Virus record (IMG/VR): IMGVR_UViG_3300024272_000069 | Origin: a virus | DNA: 64,000 nt | Direction: 5' to 3' (one strand) | Shown: piece after piece, positions 8,737 to 16,278 of the stretch | Position numbering within the stretch: the first letter of the stretch is position 1 | Layout of the letters: each line of letters opens with the position of its first letter | Position numbers and translations under genes: made by a program | The notes under the pieces: generated by a model | What the model saw: only the letters and a program-made list of their open reading frames with translations | The model's database searches: none | Told to the model about the DNA's origin: nothing

Positions 8737-9495
8737 ATGAATGTCGTTGTATTCGACACCGAAACCGCAAACATGCAGAAACGTTTCTGCTATAATGTCG
8801 GGTATGTTATCCTTGACATTTCTACTGGTGAAAAGCTGGTGGAGCGTGACTTTGTAGTGGAGCAGATTTGGCATAATGTTGAACTGTTTGCAACTGCCTA
8901 TTATGCGGACAAGCGTGAACTGTATGTCAAGAAAATGCGTTCGCGTAAAGCGGTCATGGATAAATGGGGTTATATCATGCAAACTATGATGCGTGATTTC
9001 AAGCGGCATGAAGTGGTTTGTGCGTATGCGTATAACTCTCCATTCGATGACAAAGTGTTTACCTTTAACTGTGATTGGTTCAAAACTCAGAATCCTTTTG
9101 ACACGATTCCCATTTACGATCTTATGGGACTTGCCTGCGACTGTATCACGCAGTATGATACCTATCATAGTTACTGCGAAGAACACGAGTTTTTCACCGA
9201 ATCCGAAACCGAGTATTCCATCACCGCAGAAACAGTCTATAGGTTCATCACCGATGACCCGACTTTTGTAGAAGAACACACCGCCCTTGCGGATGCACGA
9301 ATTGAAGCAACCATTTTGATGCATTGTCTGAATATGGGGGCATATCCTGACCGAGAATATCCGGTTGTGCATCAGAAACGAGTGATTGAACGTCCGTTCA
9401 AAGTGACCGTTGATGGACAAGTTGTCGCAGAAGGAAAGTACATCAAGAAGTGGCGGCGAGGGGACATTGTTAAATATACGACAAAGAACGGATAA
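8737..9495 (+). CDS. DnaQ-like 3'-5' exonuclease (DEDDh family), paralog 1
   Basis: Motif I VVFDTETA and motif III HTALADARIE; the antisense 277-aa track ORF is an artefact. Confidence 0.7.
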   Translation: MNVVVFDTETANMQKRFCYNVGYVILDISTGEKLVERDFVVEQIWHNVELFATAYYADKRELYVKKMRSRKAVMDKWGYIMQTMMRDFKRHEVVCAYAYNSPFDDKVFTFNCDWFKTQNPFDTIPIYDLMGLACDCITQYDTYHSYCEEHEFFTESETEYSITAETVYRFITDDPTFVEEHTALADARIEATILMHCLNMGAYPDREYPVVHQKRVIERPFKVTVDGQVVAEGKYIKKWRRGDIVKYTTKNG

Positions 9496-9521
9496 CATCC
9501 GTTCTTTCTTTATGCGTGATT

Positions 9522-9540
9522 TTAGATGTTCAACATCTAA
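9522..9540. repeat. palindrome copy 5 at a convergent junction (no promoter)
   Basis: Between the stop of 8737-9495 and the minus terminator at 9553-9575. Confidence 0.9.
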
Positions 9541-9544
9541 TATA

Positions 9545-9575
9545 TAAAAAATAAGGATGATTATTCATCATCCTT
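9545..9575 (-). terminator. intrinsic terminator (AAGGATGAT-tattc-ATCATCCTT) for gene 9561-9956
   Basis: Perfect 9-bp stem; the stop codon lies in the loop; T-tract on the minus strand. Confidence 0.65.
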
Positions 9576-9956
9576 GAACATGTTTCGCATGGTTTCGTAA
9601 GTGTGCTCAAACTCCTTGAAGTCCTTCCACTCCGAATCATCGCAGTCGTAATAGTAACAACCTGCACCGTATTCAAAGGCATCCTGCCAACCATGTTTGT
9701 CCCACGGAGAGCCATAACCAACGGTACGCAGAATTTCGTGCAAGGTCGCCGCCTCTTCTGCACTGTGCGTCTTGATGTAATAGAAGTCCTCATAAACGAG
9801 ATTGTCCTCGTTCAGAAGTGGCATCGGTTCGCCGTAGCGGTCGAACAACTTGAATCCAAGATGTTCTTTGGGAATGGTGGAAACGGTTTCATACAGTTCG
9901 CAATCTTCCTCAGAATCGAACTCTTTGCCGTCATAAGCACGATAAACGATATCCAT
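9561..9956 (-). CDS. hypothetical acidic protein (131 aa)
   Basis: ORF track; SD AAAGGAG; TAA stop. Confidence 0.5.
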   Translation of the reverse strand: MDIVYRAYDGKEFDSEEDCELYETVSTIPKEHLGFKLFDRYGEPMPLLNEDNLVYEDFYYIKTHSAEEAATLHEILRTVGYGSPWDKHGWQDAFEYGAGCYYYDCDDSEWKDFKEFEHTYETMRNMFKDDE

Positions 9957-9984
9957 ATTTTTCTCCTTTCATTTGTGGAAGGTT

Positions 9985-10146
9985 TTACCCTTCCACAATC
10001 TTCCATCCATCTTTGTCAAGGTTTTCCATTAGATTGGCGGCGAAGGTTACACATTCTTCATCCGACCATCCAAGGTTGTTGCGAAGGTTGTCGCACGCCG
10101 CTTCAATCGCCGCGTTGAGTACGGTTGTCGTGATAGTCTTTTCCAT
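9985..10146 (-). CDS. small hypothetical protein (~53 aa, MEKTITTTVLNAAIEAACDNL...)
   Basis: SD AAAGGAG; promoter TTGACA-17-TAGAAT with palindrome 10215 7 nt upstream of the -35 box. Confidence 0.35.
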   Translation of the reverse strand: MEKTITTTVLNAAIEAACDNLRNNLGWSDEECVTFAANLMENLDKDGWKIVEG

Positions 10147-10214
10147 GTTGTTCGCTCCTTTTCTTTTTGTGATTATATTCTATCATAAAAAAGAGAATTT
10201 GTCAACAAATACTA

Positions 10215-10233
10215 TTAGATGTTCAACATCTAA
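10215..10233. repeat. palindrome copy 6
   Basis: Adjacent to the leftward promoter (10178-10208); ~40 nt upstream of the rightward promoter TTGACA(10274)-17-TATACT(10297). Confidence 0.9.
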
Positions 10234-10350
10234 AAATCTTTGAAAATAAAATAAAATAATTTCAAAAAACCTATTGACAAAAGTGGCAACATAGTATATA
10301 CTATAATTGTTCCAAGGAACAAAACAAATAAAAGAAAAGAGGAAACAAAC

Positions 10351-10938
10351 ATGACTAACAAGAACTTCATCAACCTGCGTTCCCACTATGTACCGGATGA
10401 AATCCGCGTCAATCCGTTGTTCAACAATGCTCAGGAGTGCTTTGATGCTATGATGCTGAGCATGGTTCAGAGATGGTATGACCGTTTGACTGACGATGCC
10501 CACAAGGCAATCAGGATTCTGAAGTTTAATCCTACTGTGGTGACTGGTATGATGTTCTTCACCGACGGTTCTATGGATGAAAAGCCGCAGTACTTCGGTA
10601 GCGACTATGAGGACATCGGCACCGAAATGAAGAACTTCGCCCTGTCTCTTGCCCAGAATGATGAAGAATACGAGAAGTGTCAGACCCGTGGTTATGTCCG
10701 CTGGTATAGCCGCATGGCTCAGTCGATCCGCTGGTATCAGAAGGGTATCGAAGATATCGAAAAGACGCACGAACTGACGCTTTCCATTCTGCCGCACGAA
10801 CTGAAAGAAAAGGTTATCGAACAGATTGTGTCTACCGATCCTGTCTGTCAGATGGCGGCACGCAACTACTATGAAGCACTGGAAGATGGACGCAAGGACA
10901 TGCTTCGCAATGCTTTGCAGAAGATGAGGGGTGTATAA
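10351..10938 (+). CDS. hypothetical protein (195 aa)
   Basis: ORF track; SD AGAGGAAA; own promoter at 10274-10302. Confidence 0.55.
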   Translation: MTNKNFINLRSHYVPDEIRVNPLFNNAQECFDAMMLSMVQRWYDRLTDDAHKAIRILKFNPTVVTGMMFFTDGSMDEKPQYFGSDYEDIGTEMKNFALSLAQNDEEYEKCQTRGYVRWYSRMAQSIRWYQKGIEDIEKTHELTLSILPHELKEKVIEQIVSTDPVCQMAARNYYEALEDGRKDMLRNALQKMRGV

Positions 10939-10960
10939 CCCCTCTTTCTTTTGCTGGAGG

Positions 10961-10979
10961 TTAGATGTTGAACATCTAA
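10961..10979. repeat. palindrome copy 7 at a convergent junction (no promoter)
   Basis: Between the stop at 10938 (+) and the minus terminator at 10992-11014. Confidence 0.9.
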
Positions 10980-10991
10980 TAATTAGAAATG

Positions 10992-11014
10992 AAAAAGAGG
11001 TCTTAATAGACCTC
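10992..11014 (-). terminator. intrinsic terminator (GAGGTC-ttaata-GACCTC + T5 on minus)
   Basis: Perfect hairpin overlapping the stop of 11003-11413; plus-strand AAAAA at 10992-10996. Confidence 0.6.
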
Positions 11015-11413
11015 AATGGAGTAGATATACTGTTCTTCTTCCTTGACGAAGGTGTTAAGCACCATGCCGGTGTCATCAACTTCAAGGAAACGACGAGTGA
11101 CCCTCTTAGAATCACGACGCATTTCAGGCATGGTCGGCTTCTTCACGGTCGGATACTTGCGGCGGCTATCATGGGAAGCATAACCAAGTCCGGCGACGCT
11201 TGCCTTGATGCTGGTGCGTTCGGTTTCATCGTCAGTCATGAGAGCGGCAATCTGAGCGGCGGTTTTGTTGGGATGATTCACCATTACGCCGCGAAGCTGT
11301 TGCAGATATTCACGATGCTCGATTTCATCTCGGACGCGGAGATCATGCAACTGCATACGAAGAATGTCCATCTCGTGGTTAGCCTTCTTGCGATTCTGGA
11401 AGTGATTTGCCAT
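11003..11413 (-). CDS. hypothetical basic protein (136 aa)
   Basis: ORF track. Confidence 0.5.
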   Translation of the reverse strand: MANHFQNRKKANHEMDILRMQLHDLRVRDEIEHREYLQQLRGVMVNHPNKTAAQIAALMTDDETERTSIKASVAGLGYASHDSRRKYPTVKKPTMPEMRRDSKRVTRRFLEVDDTGMVLNTFVKEEEQYIYSIEVY

Positions 11414-11495
11414 GTTTATTTACCTTCTTTCTTTTATTATCCCCTTGGGATGATTAGAGTATATCATAGTATAGAAAGAAAGTCAATACCTTTTA

Positions 11496-11514
11496 TTAGA
11501 TGTTCAACATCTAA
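11496..11514. repeat. palindrome copy 8
   Basis: Upstream (in minus sense) of the promoter for 11003-11413. Confidence 0.9.
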
Positions 11515-11539
11515 AAGTTTCCAATAAAAAAGGGGAGGA

Positions 11540-12532
11540 TTACTCCTCACCCATAGGAATGTCGATAATCGGAAGAGCACCAGAACCACCCATCATATAA
11601 GTCGGGAGAGTACCTTCCCAACGCTGGGCATATTCATAAGCGACGATTTCATCAGTAATTGCGGCGGCCTGTGCGGCAATGGCTTCGGCTTCCTTCTGAC
11701 CCTTATATGCGATTGCATCGGCCTCAAGCTGGGCGACTTCATAATCTGCCTGTGCCTTTACCTTTGCGGCTTCGGCATCTGCGTCGGCGTTAATCTTACG
11801 AATAGCCGCGTCATTTTCTGCCTGAATCTTGGTACGCTCGGCAAGCTGACGGGAACGCTCGGTTTCCATTGCCTGCTGGGTCTTATCGCGAAGGGCTTCC
11901 TGCTCTGCAACCTGCTTGGCTTCGATGGCATTGGTGTATGCATCGGTGAAGTCAAAGTCATCAAGGAACACCATTGCTTCAATGCCATAGTTCTGGGCAT
12001 ACGCAGAAACATGCTCATTGATTTCAGACTGAATCAGAGTACGAGTTTCGGTCATGTCTTCGGCTTCACGCAGACCAAACGCGGCCTTAACAGAGTTATT
12101 TACCTGCGGCTTGATAAGGATATTAAAGTAATCTACGCCGACAGTCTTGTAAATATTCGGTGCGGCAGAGGGAAGCAGATTATACTTTACAGTATAAGTA
12201 TAAGTCACTTCCTGAAGATCCTTACTGAAAGAGACATTAGATTCAGTAAAGGTCTGTTCCTTATTGGTCATGGTAACAATCGTCTGCCACGGCTTGTGGA
12301 AATTCAGACCATTACCAAGTGAAACATCTTCGACCCTACCGAACGTAGAAAGGATGCCCGTATGGCCGGTTGGAACGGTAGAAGTGCAAGCAAGGAACAT
12401 GGTAATGCCTGCAACAACGAGACATGCAACCATTACGATAGTACCAAGACCCTTGGCCTTCATCTTACGCAGAATCATCATGGCACACAGACCGCCGACA
12501 AGAAGGATAACGGAAAAGATAATTGCGAACAT
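11540..12532 (-). CDS. SPFH/band-7 (prohibitin/HflK-like) membrane protein
   Basis: N-terminal TM helix, then TGHTGILSTFGRVEDVSLGNGLNFHKPWQTIV (PHB-domain signature); C-terminal Ala/Glu/Gln-rich coiled-coil. Confidence 0.7.
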   Translation of the reverse strand: MFAIIFSVILLVGGLCAMMILRKMKAKGLGTIVMVACLVVAGITMFLACTSTVPTGHTGILSTFGRVEDVSLGNGLNFHKPWQTIVTMTNKEQTFTESNVSFSKDLQEVTYTYTVKYNLLPSAAPNIYKTVGVDYFNILIKPQVNNSVKAAFGLREAEDMTETRTLIQSEINEHVSAYAQNYGIEAMVFLDDFDFTDAYTNAIEAKQVAEQEALRDKTQQAMETERSRQLAERTKIQAENDAAIRKINADADAEAAKVKAQADYEVAQLEADAIAYKGQKEAEAIAAQAAAITDEIVAYEYAQRWEGTLPTYMMGGSGALPIIDIPMGEE

Positions 12533-12617
12533 TGGGATATTCTCCTTTTCTTTTTGTTCTGTTCTCTTGGAACGATATTAGTATAGCATAGGAATATGAA
12601 ATTGTCAATAATAATTA

Positions 12618-12636
12618 TTAGATGTTAAACATCTAA
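12618..12636. repeat. palindrome copy 9 (central A variant, TTAGATGTTAAACATCTAA)
   Basis: Followed in minus sense by TTGACA-17-TATACT for the SPFH gene. Confidence 0.85.
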
Positions 12637-12657
12637 TATTTCAAAGGAAAGGAAGAT

Positions 12658-13089
12658 TTAATCTTCCAGTCCGATGATGCTCATATAGTCGCAGTCCTGA
12701 CCATGAACCGCACGACAGTGAGCGATGGCCTGACCGATGATAGGATCATAACGATCTTCATCCACGTTCAGACGGGCAGTGCCCACATGCTTCTTAAGCT
12801 TGCCCCAAGTGTTAGGGATATAACCCACACAAGTGGTAATGTAGTTGGAGTGCATGTAGCGGATGTCCTGCATATGCGGACGCTCATGAATCTTCTCAAC
12901 ATACTTAGCACAAGCGTCGTGCCAAGCGTCGGCAACATCCTGACGATACTTCTTAAGGACAACGCTTCCATTGTCAAGGAAGATTTCAAGCGGCTCGCCT
13001 TCCTTGATCTTCATAACCTTGCGGATTTCCTTCGGAATAACCACACGACCGAGTTCATCAATGCGACGCACGATACCAGTACACTTCAT
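12658..13089 (-). CDS. AbrB/MazE/SpoVT-type (swapped-hairpin) DNA-binding domain protein
   Basis: N-terminus MKCTGIVRRIDELGRVVIPKEIRKVMKIKEGEPLEIFLDNGSVVLKK matches the AbrB-N fold signature. Confidence 0.65.
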   Translation of the reverse strand: MKCTGIVRRIDELGRVVIPKEIRKVMKIKEGEPLEIFLDNGSVVLKKYRQDVADAWHDACAKYVEKIHERPHMQDIRYMHSNYITTCVGYIPNTWGKLKKHVGTARLNVDEDRYDPIIGQAIAHCRAVHGQDCDYMSIIGLED

Positions 13090-13105
13090 AATTCATTTTC
13101 CTTTC

Positions 13106-13264
13106 TTACTTCTTCTTATAGGCAGTATAGGGACAGGTAGGACAGGAACAGGAATAGCCCTTCTTGGTGTTACTCCAACTCGGATAACTTGCAAGGAAGG
13201 TTGTGCCGCACTTGTAGCACTTAAATTCGATTACCTTAGGTGCGCCCGTAACTACGATAGACAT
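13106..13264 (-). CDS. small Cys-rich zinc-ribbon protein (~52 aa: CYKCG...CSCPTC)
   Basis: Below the track's size threshold; SD AGGAAA; first gene after the promoter at 13312-13341. Confidence 0.4.
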   Translation of the reverse strand: MSIVVTGAPKVIEFKCYKCGTTFLASYPSWSNTKKGYSCSCPTCPYTAYKKK

Positions 13265-13350
13265 GATACATTTTCCTTTCTGTTAGTTGTTGTGTTCCTT
13301 ACTGACAAACATAGTATAGCATAATGCTGGAGGTTTGTCAATTCTTTTTA

Positions 13351-13369
13351 TTAGATGTATTACATCTAA
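13351..13369. repeat. palindrome copy 10 (variant TTAGATGTATTACATCTAA, still a perfect palindrome)
   Basis: 9 nt upstream (minus sense) of TTGACA-N18-TATACT. Confidence 0.85.
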
Positions 13370-13376
13370 TATTGTG

Positions 13377-13447
13377 AGGGTGTGGAAGGATTTGAACCTT
13401 CCATTTAACTTCGCCCCTTAGGCAGGGCTACTATAACCTGCTCACCC
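13377..13447 (-). tRNA. tRNA-like element (possible pseudo-tRNA; contains a CUA triplet in a candidate anticodon region)
   Basis: Good acceptor stem (GGGTGAG/CACACCC, 6 of 7 pairs) and canonical T-arm GAAGG-TTCAAAT-CCTTC, but the D and anticodon arms do not fold canonically by hand; best central stem GCCC/GGGC encloses UGCCUAAG. Confidence 0.3.
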
Positions 13448-13450
13448 ATA

Positions 13451-13526
13451 TGGTGCCCGTGGAGGGGATCGAACCCTCGACACCCAGATTAAAAGTCTGG
13501 TGCTCTACCGACTGAGCTACACGAGC
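13451..13526 (-). tRNA. tRNA-Lys (anticodon UUU), CCA encoded
   Basis: GCTCGTG-TA-GCTCAGTCGGTAGAGC-A-CCAGA-CTTTTAA-TCTGG-GTGTC-GAGGGTTCGATCCCCTC-CACGGGC-ACCA; all four arms canonical. Confidence 0.9.
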
Positions 13527-13529
13527 AAG

Positions 13530-13718
13530 GAAACGGGGTCTGGCTATGCCACGTACCCCGACGTGACCGGGCGGTTGCTGTTCCTGCCCTGATGACGATT
13601 AGACTTTAACCGGCCTTCGCCGTGTTGCAACCTTCTCTCATGCAGTTCCTTTCGCGGCCAAGGTGCGCACCGTCTTGCCGCATGGTGCCGAACTCTACCC
13701 TATATACATAAGAGAATT
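13530..13718 (-). ncRNA. ~190-nt GC-rich structured spacer between tRNA-Lys and tRNA-Leu (candidate small RNA or degenerate tRNA)
   Basis: No ORF; nested stems GCGGC...GGTGCGCACC...GCCGC and CGGGGT...ACCCCG; ends with GGCACCA like the flanking tRNAs. Confidence 0.25.
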
Positions 13719-13801
13719 TGGTGCCGATGGTGGGATTTGAACCCACACGCTTTAGGCCGCAGATTTTGAGTCTGCTGTGTCTGCCGTTCCACCACACCGG
13801 C
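13719..13801 (-). tRNA. tRNA-Leu (anticodon CAA), long variable arm, CCA encoded
   Basis: GCCGGTG...GCAGA-CTCAAAA-TCTGC-GGCCTAAAGCGT-GTGGGTTCAAATCCCAC-CATCGGC-ACCA. Confidence 0.85.
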
Positions 13802-13977
13802 GTAGTCTGGGATCGTTGCCCAGTGCGGATCTCAGGAGTATTTCGGGACGCGTCCTGAGTTGGCTAAGCGCGTAGTAGCGAATTAACAACTGCTACCCCA
13901 TCGGTAAGCGTTGAGAGTTTCAAAGGTCTTAGGAAATTCATCCGACTAGGCTTTTCCTCTCTCAACCTTACATACTT

Positions 13978-14100
13978 ATTATACATCAGATTTTGAGATT
14001 TGTCAATAGTTTTTTTGAAATTCTTTTTTCTTTTTTCAACTGTTGTTTTCATCTCTCAACCTTGTAAATATAGTATACACTAAATTTTTGAAATTGTCAA
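13978..14100 (-). promoter_or_regulatory. two tandem consensus promoters driving the tRNA cluster
   Basis: P2 TTGACA(14001-14006)-17-TATAAT(13978-13983); P1 TTGACA(14095-14100)-17-TATACT(14072-14077) with palindrome 14110 9 nt upstream; the 62-aa track ORF 13864-14052 overlaps these promoters and is probably spurious. Confidence 0.7.
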
Positions 14101-14109
14101 TATTTAATT

Positions 14110-14128
14110 TTAGATGTTCAACATCTAA
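14110..14128. repeat. palindrome copy 11
   Basis: Upstream of P1 of the tRNA operon. Confidence 0.9.
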
Positions 14129-14146
14129 TATCAAAAGGAAGGTGCT

Positions 14147-14647
14147 TTACAGCACCAATCCTTCAATCGCTCGGTGAAAACTGCGGCTTGCGTCAATAGT
14201 TTTGAAATTACATTTGATATTGTCGCCAAACTTACGCCATGCCGAACGGACTTCCTTATTGTCATCGACCAAATAAGAAACATCATACGGACAATAGTTG
14301 TTGTGCATGTCCCACATAAACTGTCCCTTGTCACATCCATAGGGGATGCAAGCAAACTTACCATCAGCAAGAGCAGGGAAGAAGCGGCAAAGCCAAGCGA
14401 ATTTTGTCTCGGTAATGGCGTCCAGTTCCTCACCCCAATCAATGCCCTTGCTTGCCCAAGTGATAACGCCTACTTGCCAACCATTTTCGATCAGTGCTTC
14501 GATGGCGGCGTTGATGCGTTCAAAGTGGGCACGCGGCAAGCATTTGTCATAGACGCTCCAATCATTAGAGCGGAGAGCAGGCAACCAATCCTTGACCTTA
14601 TACAGTTCCGCGATAGTGCCATCCATGTCAAACCAAATGCTGTTCAT
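14147..14647 (-). CDS. HAD-superfamily hydrolase (possible nucleotidase)
   Basis: Motif I IWFDMDGTI (DxDGT) near the N-terminus; later YLVDDN motif. Confidence 0.65.
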   Translation of the reverse strand: MNSIWFDMDGTIAELYKVKDWLPALRSNDWSVYDKCLPRAHFERINAAIEALIENGWQVGVITWASKGIDWGEELDAITETKFAWLCRFFPALADGKFACIPYGCDKGQFMWDMHNNYCPYDVSYLVDDNKEVRSAWRKFGDNIKCNFKTIDASRSFHRAIEGLVL

Positions 14648-14750
14648 TGTGTAACCTTCTTTCTTTGTTTTTGTAATTAGATTATAGCATACCTTTGTAC
14701 CGTTGTCAATACTGTTTTTAATATTTCTTGCGTTATTTGCTGGAGGAGAA

Positions 14751-14769
14751 CTAGATGTTCAACATCTAA
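14751..14769. repeat. palindrome copy 12 (cTAGATGTTCAACATCTAA); class B promoter
   Basis: A ~42-nt conserved insert (CTCCTCCAGCAAATAACGCAAGAAATATTAAAAACAGTA) separates the palindrome from TTGACA-17-TATAAT. Confidence 0.85.
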
Positions 14770-14788
14770 AACAGAAAGAAGGGGATGA

Positions 14789-15026
14789 TTAAATCATCCC
14801 TGTACGATGGTATGCGGACTGCTGGCGACCTTGTATATACTCTTCCGCACTGATAGCAATGCAACTCATAACGCCGCGGCTATGCTTCACGCCCGGCATA
14901 CGCCTTGCGATATTCGACGCGTGAAGGGCATTCTTTGCCGCAATGTAAAAAGTGATAGAGGACGAGCGACCGCGTCCCTGATGGGCACGATGAGTAGTAA
15001 CGCGATAGTATTTCTGTCCAAGTTCC
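14789..15026 (-). CDS. small hypothetical basic protein (~79 aa, MELGQKYYRV...)
   Basis: Internal ATG with SD AAAGGAG. Confidence 0.35.
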
Positions 15027-15097
15027 ATTGTTTTTGCTCCTTTCGTTCTTTGTGAATACATTATAGCATAGATTTTTTTATTTGTCAACAATTGATT

Positions 15098-15116
15098 TTA
15101 GATGTTGAACATCTAA
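15098..15116. repeat. palindrome copy 13
   Basis: Next to TTGTCAACA at ~15081 (-35 box on minus). Confidence 0.9.
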
Positions 15117-15140
15117 TTCTTGTGCGAAAAAGATGGGATG

Positions 15141-16145
15141 TTATACATCCCATGTTGTATACATAAACTGTTCCAGTTCGTCAATCTTGCGGAGAATCTG
15201 CTTTTGATAGTTACTACATTCTTCATACTCGATGTTATCCGGCAGATAATCTTTCATCTGATTAAGAACCATGTTTGCCATTTCCCAAGTAACGCCGCGT
15301 CCTTTCATTACGAATTCAACGGTATCACCAAGCATCTTATATGGAAAGAAGACGATGCCTTGAATCAGTTTGCCACGCTTGAGAGAAGCGAACAAAAGTT
15401 CGGTTTCGATTTCAGCATCACTCAATGCGGTATGATCTTCGATGAAGTCAAACTTCTTAGAAAAGAATTGCATTGCACTTTCCGCACTAGTCGAAAAGTA
15501 AATGCCTGTATTGCTGACACGCTTGTTTTCGAGACAAGACTTTTTGTATGCCGCACAATTCAAAATGTACGTACAAGCCAGACCCCAAATATCAATCATC
15601 GGATAAGATACGCCGCGAAGAATGAAGTTGTCCTTGTCAAAGTTATGGGATTCACGCTTTGACTTTGTGCGGAGAATTTTTGCACACGCTTCCTTTTGCT
15701 GTTCTTCCCATTCGTAGTAAGAGGGGGAGTAGAGACGCTTGATATACTGTTCCGTAAAGATGATTGCTTTCTTGAAGTCAAACATTGCGTTATACGCACA
15801 AATCCAAGAACACTTGCTCAAGTCCTGAATCAGGATTTCCATAATAGTATTCCATGGCAAGATTTCGATTTCTCCACGCTCAAGCATTCCAAGATAGAGA
15901 GGACGCTTTTCGTGATAGTAAGCGGTATTGAAGATAGCAGGAACAGCGAACGTCTCAGCAACAAGATAGCTCCTACGCTCAATGATACCATGAGAACGGG
16001 TAGCAATAGTCCATCCGATATCATAAACAAGCGGCTTTGCAATAGCAATCTTCTTCTTATCATCAGAAGACAGATTCCATTCGTTCACAAAAGGAAGGGT
16101 GCAGGTCTCAGTATCGAGAATCATGTAATAAATGGGCTTGCTCAT
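15141..16145 (-). CDS. DnaQ-like 3'-5' exonuclease (DEDDh), paralog 2
   Basis: MILDTETC (motif I) and HTALSDAEIE (motif III); ICAYNAMFDFK parallels VCAYAYNSPFDDK of paralog 1. Confidence 0.7.
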   Translation of the reverse strand: MSKPIYYMILDTETCTLPFVNEWNLSSDDKKKIAIAKPLVYDIGWTIATRSHGIIERRSYLVAETFAVPAIFNTAYYHEKRPLYLGMLERGEIEILPWNTIMEILIQDLSKCSWICAYNAMFDFKKAIIFTEQYIKRLYSPSYYEWEEQQKEACAKILRTKSKRESHNFDKDNFILRGVSYPMIDIWGLACTYILNCAAYKKSCLENKRVSNTGIYFSTSAESAMQFFSKKFDFIEDHTALSDAEIETELLFASLKRGKLIQGIVFFPYKMLGDTVEFVMKGRGVTWEMANMVLNQMKDYLPDNIEYEECSNYQKQILRKIDELEQFMYTTWDV

Positions 16146-16236
16146 GGTGATTACCTTCTTTCTTAATTTCTAATAAGATTATACCATAGGCAACACCATT
16201 TGTCAACAACAATTTTTTATATTTGCTGGAGGGGAA

Positions 16237-16255
16237 TTAGATGTTGAACATCTAA
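16237..16255. repeat. palindrome copy 14
   Basis: ~30-nt gap containing CCTCCAGCAAATA, then TTGACA-17-TATAAT (minus sense). Confidence 0.9.
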
Positions 16256-16278
16256 ATTTCCCAAAGGGGAAAGGGCGA

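Noticed and set aside
8665-9498. 277-aa minus-strand ORF
   Set aside because: It is fully antisense to the DEDDh exonuclease gene 8737-9495, which carries the catalytic motifs and the SD. It is a typical antisense shadow ORF.
10183-11115. 310-aa minus-strand ORF
   Set aside because: It spans the plus-strand gene 10351-10938, a promoter, a palindrome and a terminator. Its translation is low-complexity. It is not real.
13377-13447. Calling the tRNA-like element a confident tRNA-Sup(CUA)
   Set aside because: Only the acceptor and T arms fold. I could not build a canonical D arm or a 7-nt anticodon loop by hand, so it is reported only as a candidate or pseudo-tRNA.
13864-14052. 62-aa minus-strand ORF upstream of the tRNA cluster
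   Set aside because: It overlaps two consensus promoters, including a perfect TTGACA-17-TATAAT, that drive the tRNA operon, and has a Lys-rich low-complexity translation. It is most likely non-coding leader DNA.
15120-16166. Plus-strand ORFs 15120-15662 and 15696-16166
   Set aside because: They are antisense to exonuclease paralog 2 (15141-16145, minus), which has the conserved motifs.
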